Assembly: GCA_963700155.1 (NCBI GenBank) | Contig: OY969472.1 | Span: 317,511-381,510 of the forward strand | DNA: 64,000 bases | Origin: an uncultured bacterium | Lineage (GTDB): Bacteria > Patescibacteriota > Dojkabacteria > J137 | Direction of reading: 5' to 3' | Part shown: positions 10,197-19,154 of the stretch, piece by piece | Position numbering within the stretch: the first letter of the stretch is position 1 | Layout: every line of letters starts with the position of its first letter | The notes under the pieces: model-generated | The model's input: only the letters and a program-made list of their open reading frames with translations | Databases searched by the model: none | Told to the model about the DNA's origin: nothing | Made by a program: the position numbers and the translations under genes

Positions 10197-10274
10197 ACAT
10201 TTATTTTATAGAATTAATTAAGCATTGCAATACTCTTAAAGTTTTGTGACAATTAATTACTATTTAATTTCCTT

Positions 10275-11123
10275 ATGATAATGCAGGATTTTAGCTACGA
10301 GTCCAGATTAGTCAAATATAAAGATAATTATATACAAGCCTATTCTATTGGAAGTGGTGATAAGGTAATCTTCTCTTTCCCAAGTTTTCCACATTCAGGA
10401 TTAACATATCTTCTTTTCTTAAAAGACTATAATCTTACTAAATTTAAATTTATTACTTTCGATCTTCCAGGTTGGATTGGTTATTCAGAAAATGTATTTA
10501 AAAATGGAGACTATGATCTAGAAGTTTGTATAAATATTGCAAAACATATTTTAAAAGAATATTCTGTAAAAAAATTTAATGTTATTGGATATTCTTTTGG
10601 TGGAGCACTTGCATTAAAATTTGCTTATGAGATGGAAGACAGTATTGATAAAATAGTTCTAGTTTCAACCATAATAAATTCAAAAATAATTGCTAATTTA
10701 AATACTGTAAGAGCAGTTAAGCTTCTAAAAAAGATAAATAAGCCTTCTATTTTATTAAGAATAATACATAACAGAGTTAAAAAATTTACAAAATTTATAA
10801 TCGCAGAAGGGATCATGCCTGAAGAACTTCTTTTAAAATATATAGATATGTCACAACATATTAATGCTAGAGTACTGTTAGAATCGATTTTCACGTTGTT
10901 TAATTCCGATTTAACCGAAGTATTATTAAATCTAAAAGATAAAAAAGATTTTCTAATTGTAAATTCAAAAGATGAAGCTTCAATGTTTAGAATACAAGCA
11001 GAATTTTTGAGAAGACATTTAGACAACGAAAAATCTATCTATTTGCATGGTACGCATGATGATTTTTTGCTTAACCCACATAAAGATGTAGTGAAAGAAG
11101 TAATTAATTTCCTAATAAAATAA
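10275..11123 (+). CDS. Alpha/beta-hydrolase fold protein
   Basis: Nucleophile elbow VIGYSFGGALA (GxSxG). Confidence 0.65.
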   Translation: MIMQDFSYESRLVKYKDNYIQAYSIGSGDKVIFSFPSFPHSGLTYLLFLKDYNLTKFKFITFDLPGWIGYSENVFKNGDYDLEVCINIAKHILKEYSVKKFNVIGYSFGGALALKFAYEMEDSIDKIVLVSTIINSKIIANLNTVRAVKLLKKINKPSILLRIIHNRVKKFTKFIIAEGIMPEELLLKYIDMSQHINARVLLESIFTLFNSDLTEVLLNLKDKKDFLIVNSKDEASMFRIQAEFLRRHLDNEKSIYLHGTHDDFLLNPHKDVVKEVINFLIK

Positions 11124-11216
11124 ATTTTTTAATTTTTCTCTTCAACTGTTATTTTCTTGGTGCTACAATTCGGAGTCAATAAAATAATTTTCCTTTAGTT
11201 TTTAAATTTCATAAGA

Positions 11217-11552
11217 ATGGCAACTAATATGCATGACCAGCTTCCTTGTCCTAATGGTGGTTTCCCAGGATTTACCCATCTAGGTTTACAAGATCAAATT
11301 AATCTAGTAACTAGGTTAGGAAGAAGAAATGATACAGTAACAGTAGTTCGAAATATGAGAGATCATATGCCATCAATTGATGATATCAAAGCACAATATT
11401 CCCAGATTAGAAATGAATATACTGAACTTGATAGGTTATTTCATAATGGTTGCACTTTAGAGAAAAAAAGAGCAATAGGAAGAAGAATGCAGGAAATAAA
11501 AGAGTTTTGTGGTGATATTGAAAGCTACTTGGGCAGTTCTTTAGAATCTTAA
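11217..11552 (+). CDS. Hypothetical protein
   Basis: 111-aa ORF with no motif recognised. Confidence 0.3.
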   Translation: MATNMHDQLPCPNGGFPGFTHLGLQDQINLVTRLGRRNDTVTVVRNMRDHMPSIDDIKAQYSQIRNEYTELDRLFHNGCTLEKKRAIGRRMQEIKEFCGDIESYLGSSLES

Positions 11553-11571
11553 TTTATTCTTTGTAAAACTA

Positions 11572-11600
11572 AAAGGCGGCGACTTAAAGTCGCCGCCTTT
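11572..11600. terminator. Bidirectional intrinsic terminator: GC-rich hairpin ggcggcgac-ttaaa-gtcgccgcc flanked by A/T runs
   Basis: Seen in the sequence between the convergent 11217..11552(+) gene and fusA(-). Confidence 0.6.
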
Positions 11601-11619
11601 TCAAACTCTATATTGCAAA

Positions 11620-13776
11620 TTACTTATCCTCAGCTCCTAAAATCTTATCCATTAAACCTCTAGGAACTTCTGCATAATGTGAAGGTTCCATATTTGGAGC
11701 TGCAGTTCCTGAAGTAAGATTTCTTAAATCTGAGACATATCCAAATAATTCCGCTAATGGAGCTTCTGCCATAATTTCTTTTGTTTTTCCTCTCTGTATC
11801 AAATTCTTAATAATTCCTCTTTTTGAAGAAAGATAACCTGTTACTGCTCCTACATGCTCTTCTGGAACATTAATTGTTACAGTCATGATAGGCTCTAAAA
11901 GTGCCGGATGAGCAGCTTTCATTAAATTTTTAAATCCATAATAGGCACAGATTCTGAAAGTATCAGTATTTGAGTCAACTTCATGATAAGTTCCATCAAC
12001 AATTTCAACTTCAACATCTACAACAGGATATCCGCCAAGTGGACCTGACACCATTGACTCCTGAACTCCCTTATTTATTGAAGGAATATATTCTCTTGGA
12101 ATTGCACCCCCTTTAATGTGATCAACAAATTCATAACCAGCTCCTCTTTCTCTTGGTCTTATTCTAAAATCAATATCAGCGTATTGTCCTGCTCCTCCTG
12201 ATTGCTTTTTTAATAATTCTCTATGAGCGCCTTCAGTTGTTACAGTTTCTCTGTAAGCAACTTGTGGTTTACCTACATTAACTTCAATTCCATATTCTCT
12301 TTTTAGAATGTCAACTTTAATATCCAAATGAAGTTCTCCCATTCCAGCAATAATAACCTGACCTGTTTCTGGATCAGTTTCTGCTTTAAATGTTGGATCT
12401 TCAGAAACTAATTTCCCTAGTGCTTCAGATAGTTTTTCCTGGTCAGATTTTGTTTTCGGCTCAATTGCAAATTTTACAACTGGTTCTGGGAAGGTAATAC
12501 TTTCAAGAACAATAGGTTTTGATTCGTCACAAATAGTTTGTCCAGTTCTCGTATCCTTAAATCCAACAATAGCTGCAATATCACCAGCTCTAACTTCCTG
12601 AGCTTCTTCTCTATGATTTGCATGCATCATTAAAATTCTACCAACTCTTTCTTTTCCTCCAGTTGAACTATTATAAATATAAGTTCCGGATTGTAACTTT
12701 CCAGAATAAACTCTAAAGAAAGCTAAATTTCCTACATGTGGGTCCACTGCCAATTTAAATACTAATCCGCAGAATGGATCAGTATCATCTAAATGTCTTG
12801 TAATTAATTCCCCTGTTTTTGGATCAGTTCCTGGAATTTCATCTTTATAAACATGTTCTTCTCCGGTTTCTTTGTCAGTTCTTGTAAAAGATTTATCATG
12901 TGGAGATGGAAGATATCTGCATACATTATCAAGCATCGCCTGAACTCCTTTATTTCTTAATGAGGAACCAGCCATAACTGGGAATAACTTTATAGCCATT
13001 GTTGCTTTTCTAATTCCGGCAATTAATTCTTCTGGAGTAATCTCAATACCATCAAGATATTTCATTGCAATATCATCATCTGCATCTGCAACTGCTTCAA
13101 TTAATTTGTTTCTGTATTCTTCTGCTTTTGACTTATATTCTTCAGGTATTTCAATAACTTCTATCTCTTTACCTTCTTCGTCTTTATGTATTCTTGCCTG
13201 CATATGAATAAGATCAATAATTCCATTGAAATCACCTTCTATTCCTACTGGCAATGAAATCGGAACAGCTTTTTCACTCAAATGGTCAACAATACTATTA
13301 TATGATTTATAAAAATCAGCTCCAATATTATCTAGTTTATTAATGTAACAAAGTCTTGGTACTCTGTATTTTTCTGATTGGAACCATACTTTTGAAGATT
13401 GTGGCTCAACACCCATCTTTCCATCAAAAACAACAATTGCTCCATCAAGAACTCTTAAAGATCTTTCAACTTCTGCAGTAAAGTCAACATGACCTGGTGT
13501 ATCAATAATATTAATTCTGTAAATCTGATCATCTAATGTCCAGAATGCCGTTGTAGCAGCTGATTGGATTGTAATCCCTCTCTCTCGTTCTTGTGCCATA
13601 AAGTCCATTTCTGCTGCTCCTTCGTGAACTTCTCCTGTTTTATGTTTTCTTCCTGTGAAGAATAAAATTCTTTCTGTTGTTGTAGTTTTCCCTGCATCAA
13701 CATGTGCAATAATACCTATATTTCTATAGAAATGAGTATCTCTAACCTTTGAATAATCTAAGTGACTCTCGGCCAT
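11620..13776 (-). CDS. fusA: Elongation factor G
   Basis: 718 aa: NIGIIAHVDAGKTTTTERIL..., DTPGHVDFTAEVERSLRVLDGA. Confidence 0.97.
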   Translation of the reverse strand: MAESHLDYSKVRDTHFYRNIGIIAHVDAGKTTTTERILFFTGRKHKTGEVHEGAAEMDFMAQERERGITIQSAATTAFWTLDDQIYRINIIDTPGHVDFTAEVERSLRVLDGAIVVFDGKMGVEPQSSKVWFQSEKYRVPRLCYINKLDNIGADFYKSYNSIVDHLSEKAVPISLPVGIEGDFNGIIDLIHMQARIHKDEEGKEIEVIEIPEEYKSKAEEYRNKLIEAVADADDDIAMKYLDGIEITPEELIAGIRKATMAIKLFPVMAGSSLRNKGVQAMLDNVCRYLPSPHDKSFTRTDKETGEEHVYKDEIPGTDPKTGELITRHLDDTDPFCGLVFKLAVDPHVGNLAFFRVYSGKLQSGTYIYNSSTGGKERVGRILMMHANHREEAQEVRAGDIAAIVGFKDTRTGQTICDESKPIVLESITFPEPVVKFAIEPKTKSDQEKLSEALGKLVSEDPTFKAETDPETGQVIIAGMGELHLDIKVDILKREYGIEVNVGKPQVAYRETVTTEGAHRELLKKQSGGAGQYADIDFRIRPRERGAGYEFVDHIKGGAIPREYIPSINKGVQESMVSGPLGGYPVVDVEVEIVDGTYHEVDSNTDTFRICAYYGFKNLMKAAHPALLEPIMTVTINVPEEHVGAVTGYLSSKRGIIKNLIQRGKTKEIMAEAPLAELFGYVSDLRNLTSGTAAPNMEPSHYAEVPRGLMDKILGAEDK

Positions 13777-13890
13777 ATTCGTTACAAAATTCAGATATAA
13801 AATAAATGATAAAATTGGGATAAAACCTTTTTATTCATGCTTGCGAATTATGCCAGAAAATACAGGAAAAGTCAAAGTGCATTAAGACAT

Positions 13891-14337
13891 TCAAGATTTA
13901 ATAAATGCCTCAACTATTAAAGATTCCGCTTCTTTATCACTAAGACCTTTTGACTGAAGGTAATACATCATTTCCTTGTCTATGTAGCCAATTGTGGCGC
14001 CATGGCCAGCTTTAACAGCTGACTCCTTGATTTCAAGACTTGGAATTGCTCTGGCCATGGCGCCTTCACTCAGCAGTAAACAATCTATTTTCAAGTATGT
14101 ATCTGTATTTATAGCTGATTTTTCAATCCTCAAAATACCTTCAAAGTCAAATTTTGCCTTATCAAAAAGTACTGCTTTAATATTAATCCTTGATTTTATA
14201 TCCGGTTTTCTATGAATAATAACTATTTTGGATTCAGACTTATTTTCTCCTTTCCCAATATATACTGCACTAATTTCACAATTTTCAGAAATCTCAATTT
14301 CTTGAGTTTTAGTTATATCTATCTTGAATTTTTTCAT
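13891..14337 (-). CDS. Short SufB/SufD (UPF0051) C-terminal-domain protein, a possible mini-SufD or remnant
   Basis: 148 aa. C-terminal ...LLLSEGAMARAIPSLEIKESAVKAGHGATIGYIDKEMMYYLQSKGLSDKEAESLIVEAF matches the conserved SufB/SufD C-terminal beta-helix region. The 300-aa N-terminal part of a normal SufB/D is missing. Confidence 0.5.
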   Translation of the reverse strand: MKKFKIDITKTQEIEISENCEISAVYIGKGENKSESKIVIIHRKPDIKSRINIKAVLFDKAKFDFEGILRIEKSAINTDTYLKIDCLLLSEGAMARAIPSLEIKESAVKAGHGATIGYIDKEMMYYLQSKGLSDKEAESLIVEAFIKS

Positions 14338-14369
14338 GAAGTTATTATAGCAAGTGAATCAAAGCAAAT

Positions 14370-17300
14370 TTACTGGATTTCTCTGAACGAATAAGATCTA
14401 TCAGCTATATCTGCCGAAAATATAGCGATAAATTTAGGATCATATTTTATTACAACACCTGGATCTGTTAAATTTGCTTGATAATTCAAATCTCTATGTA
14501 AATTTAAAGTTTTAGCTACTACTCCACCTAGGATATAAAGTCCCTGATATTTATAAGATGAACCCAATAAATTATTTGTATTACTTGAGAACGTACCATC
14601 TGTAACTAAATATGCATCAACTATTTCATAATTTGGTGGAGTTGATGAACTAACTGATATGTAAGGGGACTTAACCGACACAGAGGTAACTGAAATATTT
14701 CCCTTTATGACAAACATACATGCCGAGCTATCTGTATCATTTTTTAATTCTGGATTTATTGTGAGATTCCCTCCCACAAGAATTATTGCTTTAACATCAC
14801 AAGTCGAGGCTCCTAACGACAAATCACCACTTTGTTCTAGAATTGTTTTACTTCCTGGAGAGACGCCAATTAAAGTGGAAATCTTTCCTCCGAATCCCAT
14901 ATTCCCGGTTTTTTTTACTATAGTAGTAGCTTTATTCTTTTCTACTCTATCTTTTACCAAGTCATACCATTTAGTAAAATTTGTTGTTTTCGATGGTGCA
15001 ACAGACTCATCAATGTAGTTTATTGCATAAGTATCAGATTTTGAAATTCTTAGAGATGGGATTGCTGGTGTGCCACTCACAACCGAAAAAGTTGCTAAAT
15101 ATGGAGTTCCTGTATCGCCTCCAACAATTGATCCAGAACCAGAAAAATCGGCTACTATTTGATCGCTACTTTTTACATAATTATAAAACTGTACATTATC
15201 TAATGCTCCTGTAAATGCAACAGACCCATTTACTCCGATACAAGGATTTGTAGCCATAACAAAGTTTGCTGTATTACCTAGATTCGTAACTCCACCAGTA
15301 CTTCCAGATCCTTTTAACACCGAATCAACGTACATCGATATACTTGGGCCCGATCTAGTTATTGTAATAAAATGCCAATTATTATCATTTATCTGCTGAC
15401 TGGTTGACACTCCTTTATAATTTGTTCCGGATGCATCCTGATCCAACTCCATACTTATATATCCATTTCCATAAATCAAATTCCAAAAGCTAGCATGTGT
15501 ACATACCAATCGCTTTGAAATAATATAAGATGTTGCAGCACTATTCGTCTTTATCCAAAACTCAATACTAAAATCTCTCGTTCCAAAATTACCAATACTT
15601 GAGTTAGTACTAACACTATTACTACCATTAAAATTACCTGCAGTACCTTCTACCCCAGATACCCAAGAAGTTCCAGTTCCACTAAAAGTTCCATTATTTC
15701 CTCCACTGCTGTCACTAACAGTTGTACCAGTACCCTCATTGAATTTCCAATTTGCTATTGGAAGACCTTTTGAATAACTATACGCAACTTCACTTGCAGA
15801 TCTTGCATAATTGTATATTTCTGCTTCATCAATACTTCCATTTAATGGGTAACTTGCATCACCTCCAATATAAAAAGTTTTATTAGCTGTTGCATACCAA
15901 TTACCTACAAAATTTTGTTGAGATAATAAAACTCCATCTCGATAGAAATAAGCATATGCTCCATCATATACAACTGCATATTGGTGCCATAATCCATCAA
16001 ATTGAATAGCATTTACAGAAACCACATTTCCACCAAATACTGCAAATCTAAACGAACTTCCTATATATTCAACTGCCAAACCACCAGCTGAAGGAACTTC
16101 TAATAATCTACTTGTATGTGATACAGAGGACTTTAACCAGAAAACCACTGATAGTTTACTTGATGAATTAAAATTTAATGTTGAGCCGGATGTATATGAT
16201 AAAGTTGCACCAGCGCCGCTTCCATTTTTTGTAAATGCATTACCATAACGACCTGTTGAGAATGATCCAGATGAAATAGTAGCAGTATAACCACTATTAC
16301 TTGAATCACTAATTATTGAACCAGAACTCTCATCAAATTTCCAATATGCAATTGGAGCAGTCCCAATATCACCTGGAATTGTTCCATTTCCATAGGTAGA
16401 TTGATAAGTTCCTGTAAAAGGAACAGTAAAACTTGGGTTGTCAGGAATATTCACACTAAACCCCTGATTTGCAGAGATATTCCCTTGATATGCGTACAAC
16501 CAAGGTGTAGGTTGAGAGACATCTTTGTTAACGCTAGCATAGTTACATGCTGAATCCATTCCATCAAGCCTGAAATTAAAAGTATTACCTTGAGATGTAC
16601 TTGTATCGCTATAATTTCTTGTTGGAGCTGTTAAATAGTTACCCAAATTTACACTTCCTCTATGGGTATTTGGTGCAAAATTAAATTGGAGATCTTGCCC
16701 AATAGTATTATCTCTTAAGCCCCCTGTACTATCGGGGCGAGTGATATAGTTAACTACATCAGATAAAGTCCCGTTATCACTCGCCCCATATGTAACATTT
16801 AAAGTCTGGTTTGAATTATAAGATGGGCCAGTTATTGTTAAAGTTGGATTTGTTGTATCAATTGTCCAAGTATCAAGTTTTTTAAACATGAAATTATTTG
16901 AGCCAGTAGCATAAGAACTTACCTCAGTCCCATCAGAATTTCTCATATAAACCGTTCCATATACATTATAGGTACCACTAGGGAATGTGTTCTCGAACCT
17001 AATTTTATAAATTGATGTACTTGAATTACCTGATACAGTCATCTTTGAACTTACACCAACATCTATAAGTTTTCCAGTTCCATTCTCATTAGTCTCATCA
17101 CCACTTGAAATAATTGGAGCAAAAGTTACACCATCATTTTTTAGTGTTGCTCCTTGACCACCTGGATTTAAATCTACAGCTATAGCTTTGCTATTTGCAG
17201 ATTTCTGAAACAAAGTGCCTGCATCTATATAGGTATTATTTTCAGAATAAGTTCCTGTTGTTGGAACGAAAACTAAAAAGCTTCCAAGGAATTGATCAGA

Positions 17301-18188
17301 TTCAGTATCTTGATAAGTAACTGAATATGTTATTGGATTCTCTGTTAACCCACTTGAATTATCCCACCTTCCAGAAATACCACTTGATAAAGAACATGTA
17401 TCAGCTTGTGTAAATGAATGCGAAGTTTCAGTTGGAGTACTATTTATAGTGAAATTCCAAACTGCTGAATTGGCATTATTTGAGCCATTAGTTTTTTGAA
17501 CAAACCAACAATAAGTTGTCCCCCAATTTAATCCACTCGCTGTTGTTGAAAGTGTGCCTTGAGGTAACGTTGCATACTGTGTATAAGTTCCAGTACAACT
17601 CGCACTTAAAAATACTTTATATTGGTTACTTTGTGGACATCCTGTACCCCATCCTGTTGCATCAGTCCAACTTAAATTTACCGAATTATTTGGAATAGCT
17701 GAACCAGTTGATGGAGAGCTTAACGTTGCTGCTCCAGGGTTTGTTGATGTACAACAAGACTGAGTGTTGCACGATCTTGTACCTCCACATGCATTGGTCT
17801 GCGTTCCACCTCCACAAGCAACTGAGCACGAACCCCAGCTATTAGAATCACAGCATGCTTGAGTATTACAATACCTAGAATGTCCACATCCATCATATTG
17901 AATTCCTGTTCCACATGATGCAGAACACGAACCCCAGTTTGGAGTACAAGTTGGAGGTGGAGGACAGCTTCCGCATGTATGACTTCCATCAGGACAAGTT
18001 ATCGGGACTTGGCATGTACCTGAAAAAGATGGAGAACAATAATAAATTCTTGTACATAAAGAATCTGAACAAACAACACAACCAGCTCCATTTCCACAAC
18101 ACTGAGTTGCTGCATCTACATTCTTAGAGTACAAAACTCCCAATATAAAAAAACTTAAAACAATAAAGAAAAAAATATATTTTTTCAT
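14370..18188 (-). CDS. Giant secreted/surface protein 'B': signal peptide, Cys-rich region, two thrombospondin-type-1-like repeats, an FN3-like domain, two LamG/ConA-like lectin domains, and a shared C-terminal module
   Basis: 1272 aa.
- N-terminal hydrophobic signal.
- CTPNWGSCSASCGTGIQYDGCGHSRYCNTQACC and SWGSCSVACGGGTQTNACGGTRSCNTQSCC match the TSP1 pattern W-x-x-C-S-x-x-C-G-x-G.
- PGAATLSSP...VNLSW...YKVF is FN3-like.
- IAYWKFDESSG...FDGLWHQYAVVYDGAYAYFYRDGVLL...IDEAEIYNYARSASEV and IANWKFNEGTG...NNWHFITITRSGPSISMYVDSVLKG...LDNVQFYNY are Laminin_G_3-type domains.
- The last 270 aa are about 60-70% identical to the C-terminus of the 821-aa paralog. Confidence 0.7.
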   Translation of the reverse strand: MKKYIFFFIVLSFFILGVLYSKNVDAATQCCGNGAGCVVCSDSLCTRIYYCSPSFSGTCQVPITCPDGSHTCGSCPPPPTCTPNWGSCSASCGTGIQYDGCGHSRYCNTQACCDSNSWGSCSVACGGGTQTNACGGTRSCNTQSCCTSTNPGAATLSSPSTGSAIPNNSVNLSWTDATGWGTGCPQSNQYKVFLSASCTGTYTQYATLPQGTLSTTASGLNWGTTYCWFVQKTNGSNNANSAVWNFTINSTPTETSHSFTQADTCSLSSGISGRWDNSSGLTENPITYSVTYQDTESDQFLGSFLVFVPTTGTYSENNTYIDAGTLFQKSANSKAIAVDLNPGGQGATLKNDGVTFAPIISSGDETNENGTGKLIDVGVSSKMTVSGNSSTSIYKIRFENTFPSGTYNVYGTVYMRNSDGTEVSSYATGSNNFMFKKLDTWTIDTTNPTLTITGPSYNSNQTLNVTYGASDNGTLSDVVNYITRPDSTGGLRDNTIGQDLQFNFAPNTHRGSVNLGNYLTAPTRNYSDTSTSQGNTFNFRLDGMDSACNYASVNKDVSQPTPWLYAYQGNISANQGFSVNIPDNPSFTVPFTGTYQSTYGNGTIPGDIGTAPIAYWKFDESSGSIISDSSNSGYTATISSGSFSTGRYGNAFTKNGSGAGATLSYTSGSTLNFNSSSKLSVVFWLKSSVSHTSRLLEVPSAGGLAVEYIGSSFRFAVFGGNVVSVNAIQFDGLWHQYAVVYDGAYAYFYRDGVLLSQQNFVGNWYATANKTFYIGGDASYPLNGSIDEAEIYNYARSASEVAYSYSKGLPIANWKFNEGTGTTVSDSSGGNNGTFSGTGTSWVSGVEGTAGNFNGSNSVSTNSSIGNFGTRDFSIEFWIKTNSAATSYIISKRLVCTHASFWNLIYGNGYISMELDQDASGTNYKGVSTSQQINDNNWHFITITRSGPSISMYVDSVLKGSGSTGGVTNLGNTANFVMATNPCIGVNGSVAFTGALDNVQFYNYVKSSDQIVADFSGSGSIVGGDTGTPYLATFSVVSGTPAIPSLRISKSDTYAINYIDESVAPSKTTNFTKWYDLVKDRVEKNKATTIVKKTGNMGFGGKISTLIGVSPGSKTILEQSGDLSLGASTCDVKAIILVGGNLTINPELKNDTDSSACMFVIKGNISVTSVSVKSPYISVSSSTPPNYEIVDAYLVTDGTFSSNTNNLLGSSYKYQGLYILGGVVAKTLNLHRDLNYQANLTDPGVVIKYDPKFIAIFSADIADRSYSFREIQ

Positions 18189-18189
18189 A

Positions 18190-18651
18190 TTATATAGAAT
18201 TTAAACATTCCAATCTATCAAATGGGTATTTGATAAAATTTGATAAACCCCCATATGAATTATCCAATTTATCTGAATAACTCGGATTATTAATATAAAT
18301 TGCTAAAACCTTACAATCTCGAGGGGGCAATAAGTTACTGGTCTCACCTTCATTAATATGACTCCATTCCCCTAACATAGTTTCAAGATTAGTTTTTTCA
18401 AATGAATTTAATGGCAACTTAACCTCATCTTTTGCACTGTTAAATATAGAAAGATAACGATCATTAATATCTTCCAAGTGTAAGGTATAACTAAATTTTG
18501 AAGTATTTAGATAGTAAACCGTGAAATTATCTCCAGGAAAAGAATGTCCTGATAAGTCATCTTCTTTTTCTATATTAAAAAGAAGGTACCCACCGACAAA
18601 TATTAAAATTCCAACAATTAATAAAATAGATGCAAAAATTATTTTTCTCAC
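18190..18651 (-). CDS. Small N-terminally membrane-anchored protein, P2 of module b
   Basis: 153 aa; N-terminal TM. The extracytoplasmic part is S/N/Y-rich with two Cys near the C-terminus. Immediately upstream of giant gene B. Confidence 0.4.
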   Translation of the reverse strand: MRKIIFASILLIVGILIFVGGYLLFNIEKEDDLSGHSFPGDNFTVYYLNTSKFSYTLHLEDINDRYLSIFNSAKDEVKLPLNSFEKTNLETMLGEWSHINEGETSNLLPPRDCKVLAIYINNPSYSDKLDNSYGGLSNFIKYPFDRLECLNSI

Positions 18652-19100
18652 TTTAAATACAAATTAATATTATATGAATAAGTCCCTTGAAAATAGTAAC
18701 TAACAATACTAATATCATATGAACTTCCTGATTGTAGATAGCTACTAAGTTGCTGTTTATCTATAGTTGAATAACTATAATCAGGTTGAAAGATACCAAC
18801 TTTATTAGCAATTTCTGTAAACGGTATATCAACATTTACATCATTCTCTCTAAAATTTATAACAAAAAAGATACGGTCACTATTTACAACAGAATTTTTC
18901 AACGTTCCTAATATACTTCCTGAATTACCGACAGCATGTACATTAACATTATTAGAAACCAACCACTCACTGCTACTATACATGTCATTCCCCCAATAAT
19001 TTATTTTATTATTGTAGTCAGAGTATCTATATATACAAAAAACAACAGCAATTAGAAACGTTATTATTGAAAATATCAAAAAAAGATTTTTTTTCATCAA
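18648..19100 (-). CDS. Small N-terminally membrane-anchored protein, P1 of module b
   Basis: 150 aa; N-terminal TM and an S/N/Y-rich ectodomain. It overlaps the next gene by 4 bp, indicating translational coupling. Confidence 0.4.
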   Translation of the reverse strand: MMKKNLFLIFSIITFLIAVVFCIYRYSDYNNKINYWGNDMYSSSEWLVSNNVNVHAVGNSGSILGTLKNSVVNSDRIFFVINFRENDVNVDIPFTEIANKVGIFQPDYSYSTIDKQQLSSYLQSGSSYDISIVSYYFQGTYSYNINLYLK

Positions 19101-19154
19101 AAAATATTAATACTACTTAATCTATCATATGAGTCTATCAAGGTAAACTTAAAA

